A DNA stretch of 64,000 nucleotides, from the NCBI GenBank assembly GCA_963790335.1, contig CAWBOB010000005.1:11570-75569 (forward strand), given 5' to 3'. Below the pieces are notes generated by a model. It saw nothing but the letters and a program-made list of their open reading frames with translations, searched no databases and was not told where the DNA came from. Shown here in pieces: positions 8,316 to 18,009 of this stretch. This DNA comes from an uncultured Actinomycetes bacterium. GTDB lineage: Bacteria; Actinomycetota; UBA4738; HRBIN12. Numbering within the stretch: position 1 is the stretch's first letter; each line of letters opens with the position of its first letter. The translations under genes were made by a program, and so were the position numbers.

Positions 8316-9507
8316 TTACGGAAGAACGGTCGTGCTCTGGGTGGCGGTGTTGTTCGCCGTGTTCGGATCCGTCGGTGATGTCGCGGAGACCGTCACCGTG
8401 TTCGTGATGGTGCCCTTCTTGGTGGGCTTGATCGTGATCTCGACAGTGGCGGTGTCGCCACTGTTCAACGTACCGAGGCTACAGCTCACGACCATCTTCT
8501 TCGAGATCGTGCATGTGCCCTGGGTGGTCGTGACCGACCCGTTCCCGGTGTTCTTGGGAAGCGTGTCCGTCAGAGACACTCCGGTGGCGCTAGATGGTCC
8601 GTTGTTCGTCACGGGGATGGTGTAAGTGAGCGGCTGTCCCACGTGAGCAGGGTCCGGCGTGTCCGTCTTCAACACGCTCAGGTCCGCCGAGGCGACTCCC
8701 GAGCGCTTGACGTCGTCGAGCGCGAGTGGGGAGCTCGTTGAACACGATCCATCCGTACCGGTTGCCGCCGACGGTGGCGATGACGTCGGCAGGGTTGCTT
8801 AGCGTCGCGGTGTACACGGACGCTCCCAGCGAGTCACGGACCGTCATGTCGACAGCCAGGATCCCTGAGCTGTCGTAGAACCGGTGCTCGAAGGTGTACC
8901 AGCCGGCGGTGGTTGCAATCGTGCCCCGGTTGGCTGCGATGTACGGGTTAGCGCCGCTTCGAGTTGCGTTGTTGCTGGCCGAAACCACGAACCCGCCAGC
9001 GCCATCGGTCCCCACGTTGAATACGAAGTCACGCAGGTGAACTGGCAGACCCGTAATGGGATTGACAGTCGACGTGTTGATCGCCGAGCTCCAGTCGAAT
9101 CGAAGGTCGGCAGGCAGCGTTGTTCCGTCGAGGTAGATGTCGACGGAGGTGGTATATCCACCGGTCGGGAAGGTGGCGCTGTAGCCACCGAGGCGCGTGA
9201 ACGGCGCCGCACCCGTGGCGGCATACCCGTACCAACTGCCGTCCGCCGCTGTGATGCCGCCGGTGCCTGAGGCCACACGTGTGGCCCCGATCACGGCCTC
9301 GGGGGAGGTGGACGGCGCCGGTGGCGACGTGTCATTCACGTCCTCGAAGCCGTTCGAGTATGGAGCCGGCGCTGGTGCTGCGAGCGCCGCCGTGGGTGCT
9401 CCGAGCGAGAACGCTGCGGCGATCATCGCGAGGGAGATCGTGGCGGCGACTCGCTTCTTGCCTGTTCCGAGCGCCGAGGAGGCGCCGAAGAGGTTCTTGG
9501 GTCTCAT
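8316..9507 (-). CDS. Secreted protein with C-terminal DUF11-type repeat; frame interrupted at the GGGG run 8728-8731
   Basis: ATG comp. 9505-9507, signal peptide ...AAFSLGAPTAALAAPAP. The junction reads ...NRYGWIVFNELP | LALDDVKRSGVASADLSVLKTDTPDPAHVGQPLTYTIPVTNNGPSSATGVSLTDTLP. Pieces are ORF-track 8590..9852 and 8316..8675. Span 1192 = 3n+1. Confidence 0.75.
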
Positions 9508-9744
9508 GTCTGTCCCTTCGTTCCTTGGACGTGCGACGACACGCCTAGTACACGGATGCGTCGTCTCAGAAAGGCCGGCTCGAGTGCGGAGCAGTCGACG
9601 CCGACTTGAAGGCGGAACCCGTGGTTTCTTTGCTCCCGTCGCTTCGGGTTCGTGTCCTGGCCGCAGTATACGCAGAACGAAACCCACCTGTCGATGACTT
9701 CGGGGCCCTGCCCTGGAACTGGTACCCGCGCCTGCAGGATCGAC

Positions 9745-9969
9745 CGAAGTCGACCGGCTGTGGGATGCCTGACAGCGAACGGAGGCGAGCCAGGCCCATG
9801 CGGATGGCTCAAAGACCGGTTCGGACTCTCCTGGCAGATCGTCCCGCGTCAACTGAACGAGCTGGTCGCAGATCCGGATCCGGAGCGTGCGCGCCGTGCC
9901 ATGGAGGCGATGCTCAAGATGGGCAAGATCGATGTCGCCGAGCTACAGCAGGCCGCCGATGCGCCTTAG
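9745..9969 (+). pseudogene. 3' fragment of a VOC/PhnB-like (glyoxalase-fold) gene, duplicate of 17068..17547
   Basis: Encodes ...ANGGEPGPCGWLKDRFGLSWQIVPRQLNELVADPDPERARRAMEAMLKMGKIDVAELQQAADAP, near-identical to the C-terminus of the intact copy. It lacks the first ~88 codons and has a 1-nt deletion (gatgc-ctgac versus gatgcgctgac). Confidence 0.8.
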
Positions 9970-10156
9970 GACCGAGCCTCCACGGTCGACGGACGCCACG
10001 GCAACGTAGCGATGCGCAGCTCGAACCGAAAGCGATGGCCCGGTCACACTCGTCGAGGTGGTCGAAGTCACCGCCACGTGTGCGGGGAGGGTTATACGAC
10101 TGCATAGGCAGATGAATCTACGCGCCGGGTGGGACAAGCCGGAGCGCGTTGGTGAG

Positions 10157-10366
10157 CTACGCGGGACCGCCGCCCTCACCTGAATCGTAGCTCGAGCCGC
10201 CCTGCTGCAATTCCTCGACGGTCTGGTCCCCGCCTTGCTCGTCCTCGGGCAGGCCCTCCTCCGTTGGGTCTTGGGGCCTCACCTCGTCGGGGCCGGCGGG
10301 CGGGATCAGCTCCCCGCCTGATGTGTCAGGCAGCTCATCCTCTGGCGGTGGCGTTGTCTCCGTCAC
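10157..10366 (-). CDS. Acidic, proline-rich 69-aa protein (paralogue of 17640..17849)
   Basis: GTG comp. 10364-10366 follows GAGAGGAG. Product MTETTPPPEDELPDTSGGELIPPAGPDEVRPQDPTEEGLPEDEQGGDQTVEELQQGG.... Same length as, and about 90 percent identical to, the second copy. Confidence 0.6.
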   Translation of the reverse strand: MTETTPPPEDELPDTSGGELIPPAGPDEVRPQDPTEEGLPEDEQGGDQTVEELQQGGSSYDSGEGGGPA

Positions 10367-10596
10367 AACCCGCTCCTCTCGTCGAAGACCTAGTGAGGCT
10401 ACCCGGACGGGAACGTTTCAATCCTCGAACGATGAAGGCAGCGGCTCGGCATCGCCCCTCATCAAGCAAGTGAGAGCCGACGCGACACCACGGTGATGAC
10501 CCAGGTGGCTCGCCGGAGCCACTTAGGTCAGCCGCGACGCGGCTTCCGTCGACTGACGCCGCTTGGGCGACCACGGCCGCCAGTAGTGGGCCCTGA

Positions 10597-10879
10597 TCAT
10601 CGCAACGCGGTGGGACCCGGCAAGACGGGGGCAGTCGCGTTGCGCTCAGCCGGGGGTGCTCGACGAGCGCCACGACGCGAGAGGCCATGAACCGCGCGGT
10701 GCGCACCGGGGTGCCGCCGCGGGTGACCTCCGCCACCTCGATGATCGTGCGGCCGGTTGTGACCTCGACCCGTCGGCCCGCGCGCGTGGCTGTCACCTCG
10801 AACGTCTGCACGCCACTGCCGACGTCGACCGTCACCTCGACTCAGTCGCCTCGCACGCGGCCATCGTAGCCCTCCGCAC
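10597..10879 (-). pseudogene. Decayed copy of the 93-aa protein gene at 16699..16980
   Basis: Aligns to the intact copy but carries a 1-nt deletion near the start, an in-frame TGA where the intact copy has an Arg codon (GDR|VEVTVDV versus GD*VEVTVDV), and a 1-nt insertion after ...VVALVEHP. Confidence 0.6.
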
Positions 10880-11144
10880 GACAGTCGGGTCCGAGCTACG
10901 CACGATCGTCAAGCATGGGGATCTCCTATGAACGGGTCTCACCGTCAGCGGCTCGATGAGGGGAAGCTCCAGTCAGCCAGTCGTGAGCTTCCAAGGTGAC
11001 ACGCGGGCCCCTTCGGCGTGGCTCGCGTCATTCGAGCGGTGGCGAGAGAGACAACCTTCTTCGCGTTTGGCGCACTAGCCGGTTCGGCCCTCAGCTGTCA
11101 TCCGCCTAGGTTCTCTCCCAGGACGCGGTTCCTGTCGTAGGGGC

Positions 11145-12470
11145 CTAGCGGTCAAGAATCGTTGCCCTGAACACGTCCGACGTGCCGTTGGTATCGTCGC
11201 TCACCAGTTCTGATGATCCTGATGTGAAGACGGCAAATCCGCCCCGGGTCGAGATGCTTGGGTAGCCACCGCCCAAGTCTGAATTTCCCCCAGCCTCGTC
11301 AGCAGACAGCCTGACAAGTGTACGCCCGCGCAACAGGGCGTATGCGTCGCCCAAGTCATCTGTGTCGCTCGGGATCAATCGACTCGTCGAGAAGAACACG
11401 ATTACCGCGCCACGCTGGGAGATGGCCGGAGCGTTGGCGGCGTCTGCGCCGTTAGACGCTTCACTGCCGTCGGCTGCCACACTGACGCGCACGGTCTTAG
11501 CGGTCTTCAAGTTGTGCAGGAACACGTCTTGACGGCCATTCGTATCGTCATCGACGAGGTTGGTGGCGGTGGACGCAAACACGACCCAAGAGCCGCTGGC
11601 CGAGAGCGACGAGCCGTCAGAGTAGCCATCACTCTGGGTGCCGTCCGATGCCACGCTGGCGCGCCTGACGCTGCCGGTTCGACGATCGAAGACGAAAACA
11701 TCGAATGGCCTGTCGTCCGCCGAGTCCGGCTCGCTGTTCGTATCACCCTCGACGAGGTTGGACGCGGAGGATCCGAAGGACACGTAACGCCCACTGGCTG
11801 AGAGCGATGGGTCATCGCTGTGGCCATTCGCTGCACCGCCATCGAGCGCACGACTGGCGAGCCGAGTTCTGCCCGTCTTGAAGTCGTGGAGGTAGATGTT
11901 GTAGAAGCGGTTGGTGTCAAGGGGTGAAAACGACGTCAGCGAGTAGAACGCGATAAAGCGGCCGGTCCGCGAGATCGAAGGGCTGATGCTCTCTCCGCTG
12001 CCCTCTCTGCCGTCTGAGTAGACGCTGACCCGTATCGTCTTGTCGCGGACCAGGTCACGGACAAAGATGTCGTCCACGCCGTTCAGGTCATTCGAAACGA
12101 GATTGCTTGCGTTCGAGGCGAACGCGACAAAGTGTCCATCGGCGGAAATGCGAGCCCATGAGCTTGATCCGTTCGGTTCAGCGGTAGCAGCGGCACTCGC
12201 AAGGGTGACCGCTCCCGTGGTCATATCCTTTACGAAGACGTCCCAGCCCAGGCCGTCCTTGTCCGCCAGGTTGGAGGCAGCAGACTCGAACGCGACGAAA
12301 CGCCCATTCGCAGAAGTCGTGGGGATGTTGAAGCTCCCGTTGTCCGCCTGCTCTCCGTTCGCCGTCACGCTCACTAGTTCTACGGTCGGTCCGGCTGAGG
12401 AGCCGCCAGCGGCGACAAGAGCGAGGATCGCTGCCAGCGAGAACGCACTAGCCAACCGGACCATCCGCAT
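11145..12470 (-). CDS. Secreted PD40/TolB-like beta-propeller protein
   Basis: ATG comp. 12468-12470 follows GGGAGGAAC. Signal peptide MRMVRLASAFSLAAILALVAAGGSSA. Repeated blades of type S-x-(D/N)GRFVAF-x-S-x-ASNLV-x-x-D-x-N-x-x-x-D(V/I)F(V/L). Confidence 0.85.
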   Translation of the reverse strand: MRMVRLASAFSLAAILALVAAGGSSAGPTVELVSVTANGEQADNGSFNIPTTSANGRFVAFESAASNLADKDGLGWDVFVKDMTTGAVTLASAAATAEPNGSSSWARISADGHFVAFASNASNLVSNDLNGVDDIFVRDLVRDKTIRVSVYSDGREGSGESISPSISRTGRFIAFYSLTSFSPLDTNRFYNIYLHDFKTGRTRLASRALDGGAANGHSDDPSLSASGRYVSFGSSASNLVEGDTNSEPDSADDRPFDVFVFDRRTGSVRRASVASDGTQSDGYSDGSSLSASGSWVVFASTATNLVDDDTNGRQDVFLHNLKTAKTVRVSVAADGSEASNGADAANAPAISQRGAVIVFFSTSRLIPSDTDDLGDAYALLRGRTLVRLSADEAGGNSDLGGGYPSISTRGGFAVFTSGSSELVSDDTNGTSDVFRATILDR

Positions 12471-12926
12471 GTTCCTCCCATCGACTGCTTGCCTTCGTAT
12501 GTCGCGAGACAGCCCGCTGCTCAAGTTGCCCGACCAACCATCATAATCGCACGCTATCCTCCCCGAGGATCGACCTCAATAAGGCCTTTGGCCCCGTCCG
12601 TGGAGCATCCAGGAAGCATCCTGGGTCGATGCCACTGCGGACTGAGTCGATTGCCGTGGGTACCGAACAAGGGTCACATCCATGATCGTCGCGGAGCCAG
12701 GGGGCGACCCGTTTCATGCTGACCACTGGCACTCGCTTCCGGCACGCGTCTACGGGACGGTCAACTTCGTGTCGCCCTCCCCGGCGTTGAAGTCGGTCAC
12801 CGTATCGATGCCAGGGGAGCGTGATGTTGGACGACGAAGCAACAAGCGTGACCGCTCCCCCTCGGCGTCGTCTACAGCCAAGTTCATCGTGCCGCGTGAG
12901 AGCGAACAGGCGCCTCCGACCGCGAC

Positions 12927-13863
12927 CTAGACAGTCCGTGCCACGTTCGTCTCGGCCGCCGATCCCCACGACGGAGAGTAGTCATTGGCCGGGTTGTACG
13001 TGAGCCGTGTCTGTCCCGATCCGTCACGGTTCATCACATAGATCTCGCTGTTGCCGTCCCGGTTGCTCCTGAAGGCGATCTTCGTGCCGTCGGGTGAGAA
13101 GACGGGGTGGGTGTCCTTGGCGGAGTTGTTCGTGAGGTTGGTCTGTCCCGACCCGTCGGCGTTCATCACGTAGATCTCTCCGCTCACTCACGAACGCGAT
13201 CTTCAAGCCGTCGGGCGAGAACACGGGGTTGGTGTCTCTTGTTGCCGGGTTGTTCGTGAGCCGCGTCTGGCCAGATCCGTCGGCATTCATCAGGTAGATC
13301 TCGGAACCCCCGGGGCCGCGTAGGCTGCTGAACGCGATCTTCGTGCCGTCGGGCGAGAACGCTGGGCTTGTGTCGTTCGCGCGGACGTTCGTGAGCCGCG
13401 TCTGGCCAGATCCGTCGGCATTCATCACGTAGATGTCGGCGTTGGAGCCAAAGAGTCCGCGAGTGAATGCGATCTTCCTGCCGTCGGGCGAGAACGCTGG
13501 GTCGCGATCGTCGGCCGCGGTCGTGAGGTTCGTCGGATCGGTGCCGTCGGCGTTCATGACGTAGATCTTGGCGTCAGGGCCGCTGTTTCGGATGCTGCTG
13601 GCGAACGCGATCTTCGTGCCGTCGGGCGAGAACGCGGGGTCGAAGTCATTGGCAGCGTTGTTCGTGAGGCGCGATTGTCCCGACCCGTCGGCGTTCATAA
13701 CATAGATCTCGTTGTTGCCGTCCCGGTTGCTCCTGAACGCGATCGAACCGTTGACGGATGTCGCCCCAGCGCCGGGAGCGAACCCGAGCGTCGCTGCGAT
13801 CAGGCCAAGCGTCGTGACGATCGAGCTGGCACGGCTCACCCGCGTCGAGATCCTTCGAACCAA
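12927..13863 (-). CDS. Secreted PD40/TolB-like beta-propeller protein; frame interrupted near 13186-13192
   Basis: Blades are IAF[21 protein letters not shown](R/N)LTNN-x-A-x-D-x-x-P-x-FSPDG-x-KIAF. The junction reads ...[12 protein letters not shown] | [17 protein letters not shown].... Pieces are ORF-track 13024..13992 and 12927..13187. The start is uncertain (TTG 13863 or GTG 13839). Span 937 = 3n+1. Confidence 0.8.
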
Positions 13864-14318
13864 CGGAGGGAAGGGCCCGACGGTGGCCTGCCGTCCGTTC
13901 GCATGCGTGGCTGTCTCACATGCTCTTCCTCCATCTAGAAAGGCCGACACCCATAGAGCATCGCCCCCTTCACTGGAGAGTGCCTGGGCCAAACGGTGTA
14001 GTCGATGTGAACACGCAAGGGGGCGTTACGTGGTGAAAGCAGGCGTAGCCCGTGGCTGGATGACGCGTTTCTGGGCCGAGTGGCGCGTTCCTGCATTGCA
14101 CGATCCGTTCCGGCGGACGTGGGCCAACCGGACAATCGAGGGTGACACCACGGTGATGACCTCAGCGGCTCGCCGGAGCAAGGCGGTCCCCTTCACCATG
14201 GCTCGCAGACTCTGGGAGACAACCATGCCCACCCCCCCGAGCGTGCTGTCCGGTTCTCGCTCGATCCTGACCGCGCGCGATCGAGCGCGTCACCTTCGCC
14301 GGGGCTCGCCCGCTCAGC

Positions 14319-16628
14319 TCAGGCCGTCTCGAGCTCCGGCTGTAGCTGCAGGTCCTCGCCCTCCACGGCAACTTTCGGCAGGGCCCGGTCGAGCCACTTC
14401 GGTAGCCACCAGTTCGCGTCACCGAGCAGCTCCATCGTGGCCGGCACGAGCAGCATCCGTACCACCGTCGCATCGAGCAGCACCGCGCTCGCGAGGCCGA
14501 CGCCGAACAACTTGATGATCCGGTCGCTCTCGCCGATGAAACTGCCGAACACCACGACCATGATCGCAGCGGCCGCCGTGATCACGCGGGCGGTGGCCGC
14601 CAGGCCGTCGGCGACCGAGATGCGGCTGTCGCCAGTGCGCAGGTACTCCTCACGGATCCGCGACAGGAGGAACACCTCGTAATCCATCGACAAGCCGAAC
14701 ACGATCGCGAACATCATCATCGGCACGAACGGCTCGATCGGCGCCGGCTCGATGTTGAGCACGCTGCCGAGCCACCCCCACTGGAAGACGGCCGTCGCCA
14801 CGCCATACGCTGCGGCGATCGACAGCAGGTTCATCACCACGGCCTTCAGCGGCACCAGCAGCGACCGGAACACCAGCATCAGCAGCAAGAACGACAGCAA
14901 CAGCACCACGCCGATGAACAGCGGCATGCGCTCGGTCAGGTACTCCGAGAAGTCGACCGACGCGGCCACCCCGCCCGAGACGGCGACATCGAGCTCGGTG
15001 TCCTGCTCCGCGGCCGGCAGCACATCGTCGCGCAGCCGGCCGACGAGCTCGGTCGTGGCCTCGTCCTGCGGGGCGGTCGTCGGGAACAGCCGCCACAGCG
15101 CCGCGGTGGGCTGCTCGGGATCGTTCGGGAACGCGGGGGTCACGAAGGCCACGCCCTCATCGGCGGCCAGGGCGTCCGTGACGCCTTCGAGCGCCGCGGG
15201 GTCGGTGCCCTCGGGAATCTCGGTGGCGAGCAGCATCGGGCCGTTGAAGCCCGGTCCGAATCCCAACGCCAGCAGGTCGTAGGCCTGGCGTGTGGTCGTG
15301 TCCTCCGGGTAGTTGCCCTCGTCACTGAACGCGAGGCGCAGGCTGAAGAACGGCACGGCCAGCGCGAGCAGGATCACCACGCCGGCGAGCGCCGCGACCA
15401 CCGGGTGCCGCTGGATCACTCGGCTCCACCGGTAGGCGGTGGTCTCCTGCAACGGCTTGACTCGGCGACTCGGCACCTCCCGGCGCAGCGGCGCGACGGC
15501 GAAGCTCGCCACGAGCACCACGGCGGCGAGCGCGAGCCCGACGATCGCGAGCGGCTGGAACGCGAGGGCGAGGCCCGCGAGCCCCACGGCCACCAGGAGC
15601 GCGGCGATCAGGCCGCGCCACCGGGTGACCTCGACCCGCTTGCCCGCGAAGCCGATGAGCGCGGGCAGCAGCGTGAGGGACGCGACCGCCGTGACGGCGA
15701 CGACGGTGGCCGCCGCGCCGGCGAGGCCGGTGATGAACGACAGGCCCATCAGCACCATGCCGAGCAGCGAGATCACGACGGTGGTGCCGGCGAACGCGAC
15801 GGCCCGGCCGGCGGTGTCGAGCGCCACGACCGTCGCGTCCTCGACGCCGGCCCCCTTGTGCAGGTTCTCGCGGTAGCGGGTCACGATGAAGAGCGCGTAG
15901 TCGATGCCGACACCCAGTCCGAGCATCACGGCCACCGTGGTGGCGAAGTCCGGGATCGACAGGATGTGGCTCAGCAGGCCCGCGAGGATCGTGCCCACGC
16001 CGATGCCGGCGAGCGCGATGCCGATCGGCAGGCCCATCGCGAGCACCGACCCGAAGGCGAGGATCAGCACGATGATCGCGAAGGCGAGGCCGAGCAGCTC
16101 CGAGCTCGGCACCTCGAACTCGGCGAGCAGCGCGCCGCCGAGCTCGACCTGCACGCCGTCGATCTGGGGCATCAGCTCCCGCAGCTCCGCGCCGATCACC
16201 GTTGCCTCCTCGATCGTCGTGTCGCGAGGCACCCCGATCTGCGCGTAGGCGATCTTCCCTGCCTCGGGACCCTGCGCGGCGATCTGCTGGGCTCCCTCCT
16301 CCGAGTACGGGCTGACGAGGGTGATCCCCTCGATCTGGGCCGCCTCCTCGAAGTAGGCGGTCATCGCCTGCTGCACCTCGGGGTCGTCGACGCCCTGCTC
16401 CGCGCGGAAGACGATCGTGCCGCCCTCGCCGCCGGCGCTCGAGTCGGCGAAGTGCTCGTCGAGGATGTCGAAGCCGCGACGGCTCTCCACGTCGGGCAGC
16501 TCGAACTCCGTGCTGTACGCGGTGCCGATCATGCCGCTGACGGCTCCGAGCACGATCAGGGCAGCCAGCCACATCAGGGCGACCTTGCCTCGGTTGCGGA
16601 AACACCAACGTCCTAGCGTGGCGAACAC
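14319..16628 (-). CDS. MMPL-family (RND superfamily) membrane transporter
   Basis: Intact 769-aa ORF. Two 6-helix bundles each follow a soluble loop. Shows the typical MMPL start (FATLGRWCFRNRGKVALMWL) and the ...VFRSLLVPLKAVVMNLLSIAAAYG... block. Confidence 0.9.
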   Translation of the reverse strand: MFATLGRWCFRNRGKVALMWLAALIVLGAVSGMIGTAYSTEFELPDVESRRGFDILDEHFADSSAGGEGGTIVFRAEQGVDDPEVQQAMTAYFEEAAQIEGITLVSPYSEEGAQQIAAQGPEAGKIAYAQIGVPRDTTIEEATVIGAELRELMPQIDGVQVELGGALLAEFEVPSSELLGLAFAIIVLILAFGSVLAMGLPIGIALAGIGVGTILAGLLSHILSIPDFATTVAVMLGLGVGIDYALFIVTRYRENLHKGAGVEDATVVALDTAGRAVAFAGTTVVISLLGMVLMGLSFITGLAGAAATVVAVTAVASLTLLPALIGFAGKRVEVTRWRGLIAALLVAVGLAGLALAFQPLAIVGLALAAVVLVASFAVAPLRREVPSRRVKPLQETTAYRWSRVIQRHPVVAALAGVVILLALAVPFFSLRLAFSDEGNYPEDTTTRQAYDLLALGFGPGFNGPMLLATEIPEGTDPAALEGVTDALAADEGVAFVTPAFPNDPEQPTAALWRLFPTTAPQDEATTELVGRLRDDVLPAAEQDTELDVAVSGGVAASVDFSEYLTERMPLFIGVVLLLSFLLLMLVFRSLLVPLKAVVMNLLSIAAAYGVATAVFQWGWLGSVLNIEPAPIEPFVPMMMFAIVFGLSMDYEVFLLSRIREEYLRTGDSRISVADGLAATARVITAAAAIMVVVFGSFIGESDRIIKLFGVGLASAVLLDATVVRMLLVPATMELLGDANWWLPKWLDRALPKVAVEGEDLQLQPELETA

Positions 16629-16698
16629 GAATCGTCCTCCTATGGATGTGCGTGAGCCGGGATCGAGCGGCAGCCTATCGAACCTCGCTACCGGGAAC

Positions 16699-16980
16699 TC
16701 AGTGCAACGCGATCGGCCCTGGGGAGACGGAGGCCGTCGCGTTGCGCTCCGCTGGGTGCTCGACGAGCGCCACGACGCGAGAGGCCATGAACCGAGCCGT
16801 GCGCACCGGGGTGCCGCCGCGGGTGACCTCCGCCACTTCGATGATCGTGCGGCCGGTTGTGACCTCGACGCGTCTGCCCGCTCGTGTGGCCGTCACGTCG
16901 AACTTCTGCACGCCGCTGCCGACGTCGACCGTCACCTCGACCCGGTCGCCTCGCACACAACCATCGTAGCCCCCCGTCAC
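16699..16980 (-). CDS. Conserved hypothetical 93-aa protein (intact copy of a duplicated gene)
   Basis: ORF-track MTGGYDGCVRGDRVEVTVDVGSGVQKFDVTATRAGRRVEVTTGRTIIEVAEVTRGGTPVRTARFMASRVVALVEH.... Looks beta-rich. No family recognised. A homologous decayed copy lies at 10597-10879. Confidence 0.5.
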   Translation of the reverse strand: MTGGYDGCVRGDRVEVTVDVGSGVQKFDVTATRAGRRVEVTTGRTIIEVAEVTRGGTPVRTARFMASRVVALVEHPAERNATASVSPGPIALH

Positions 16981-17067
16981 GACAGTCGGGGTCGATGCTT
17001 CCTCTGTCCGACGGGCGGTTCCTGCCTATCCTTGATAGCAAGACAGCGCTCGTTGAAGGAGGACAAG

Positions 17068-17547
17068 ATGCGGAAGCCCTTCCCATGCCTCTGGTTCGAC
17101 GGCAACGCGGAAGAAGCGGCCGAGTTCTACACGAGCCTGCTGCCCGACAGCCGCGTCGACAAGGTCTGGCGATCCCCCGCCGAGACGCCCAGCGGGCCGG
17201 CCGGCATGGTCCTGACTGTCGACTTCACGCTCAACGGCCAGCAGTTCCAGGGTCTCAACGGCGGGCCGGATTTCAGCTTCAACGAGGCGGTTTCGTTCGT
17301 TATCGAGTGCGAGGACCAGGCCGAAGTCGACCGGCTGTGGGATGCGCTGACAGCGAACGGGGGCGAGCCGGGCCCGTGCGGATGGCTCAAGGACCGATTC
17401 GGACTCTCCTGGCAGATCGTGCCGCGCCAGCTGAACGAGCTGGTCGAGGATCCGGATCCGGAGCGTGCGCGCCGCGCCATGGAGGCGATGCTCAAGATGG
17501 GCAAGATCGATGTCGCCGAACTCCAGCGGGCGGCCGACGCACCCTAG
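17068..17547 (+). CDS. VOC-family protein (PhnB-like / 3-demethylubiquinone-9 methyltransferase-domain glyoxalase fold)
   Basis: ATG 17068 follows GAAGGAGGA. Product MRKPFPCLWFDGNAEEAAEFYTSLLPDSRV...LNGGPDFSFNEAVSFVIECEDQAEVDRLWDAL...CGWLKDRFGLSWQIVP, the characteristic PhnB-like motifs. The ORF-track entry 16417..17547 over-extends the 5' end. Confidence 0.85.
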   Translation: MRKPFPCLWFDGNAEEAAEFYTSLLPDSRVDKVWRSPAETPSGPAGMVLTVDFTLNGQQFQGLNGGPDFSFNEAVSFVIECEDQAEVDRLWDALTANGGEPGPCGWLKDRFGLSWQIVPRQLNELVEDPDPERARRAMEAMLKMGKIDVAELQRAADAP

Positions 17548-17940
17548 CCGAGCCTTCGGGTAGCCGTCGGAGAGATTCGATGCATTGATCTCGGTCCAAG
17601 CAGGATCAGGCTCGGGACGAGATTGTGGCGTGGGTTGGGCTACGCGGGGCCGCCGCCCTCCCCTGAATCGTCGCTCGAGCCGCCCTGCTGCGATTCCTCG
17701 ACGGTCTGGTCCCCGCCTTGCTCGTCTTCGGGCAGACCCTCTTCGGTCGGGTCTTGGGGTCTCATCTCATGGGGGCCCGCAGGCGGAATCAGCTCCCCTC
17801 CTGATGTGTCAGGAAGCTCATCCTCAGGGGGTGGCGTTGTTTTGGTCACGGGCGGGCTCCTCTCGTCGGGAGCCATGGGGCTACCCTGACCGGAGACGTA
17901 TCAATCCCTCGAAGTGATGAAGGCGGCTCGGTATCACCCG
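17321..17940 (+). repeat. Copy B of the direct duplication (see 9744-10456)
   Basis: Same orientation as copy A. Homology ends shortly after ...gatgaaggcggctcgg. Confidence 0.75.
17640..17849 (-). CDS. Acidic, proline-rich 69-aa protein (paralogue of 10157..10366)
   Basis: GTG comp. 17847-17849 follows GAGAGGAG and is homologous to the start of copy A. The ORF-track entry extends 9 codons further to 17876. Confidence 0.6.
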   Translation of the reverse strand: MTKTTPPPEDELPDTSGGELIPPAGPHEMRPQDPTEEGLPEDEQGGDQTVEESQQGGSSDDSGEGGGPA

Positions 17941-18009
17941 ACTCGAGAATGCCTTACGCCTTGACCGCCTGCGATGTACTCAGTCAGGATCCCTACTGAG
18001 ACCTGACAG

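Larger units (their letters stand above)
9744..10456 (+). repeat. Copy A of a ~0.6-0.7 kb direct duplication (VOC 3' part plus acidic-protein gene)
   Basis: Aligned by eye to 17321-17940, same orientation. Roughly 90 percent identity over the VOC 3' part and the acidic-protein gene. Copy A carries ~95 extra nt between the two genes. Confidence 0.75.

Noticed and set aside
10400-10440. gtttcaatcctcgaac, superficially like a tRNA T-loop (GTTC-A-ATCC)
   Set aside because: No flanking T-stem, acceptor stem or anticodon arm could be built. The segment is part of the duplicated intergenic DNA (the counterpart at 17900-17915 reads gtatcaatccctcgaag).
12750-12812. Minus-strand peptide GIDTVTDFNAGEGDTKLTVP-stop, resembling the D-x-(I/V)-x-DF-x-x-G-x-D-x-(I/L) tail of RTX/calcium-binding proteins
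   Set aside because: Only about 20 residues match and the upstream frame has no matching repeats. At best it is a tiny remnant in the 12525-12926 intergenic region.
15322-16616. 428-aa (-) and 403-aa (+) ORFs inside the MMPL gene
   Set aside because: These are alternative and antisense frames of a clearly conserved transporter gene, and the translations are low-complexity Arg/Gly/Asp/His.
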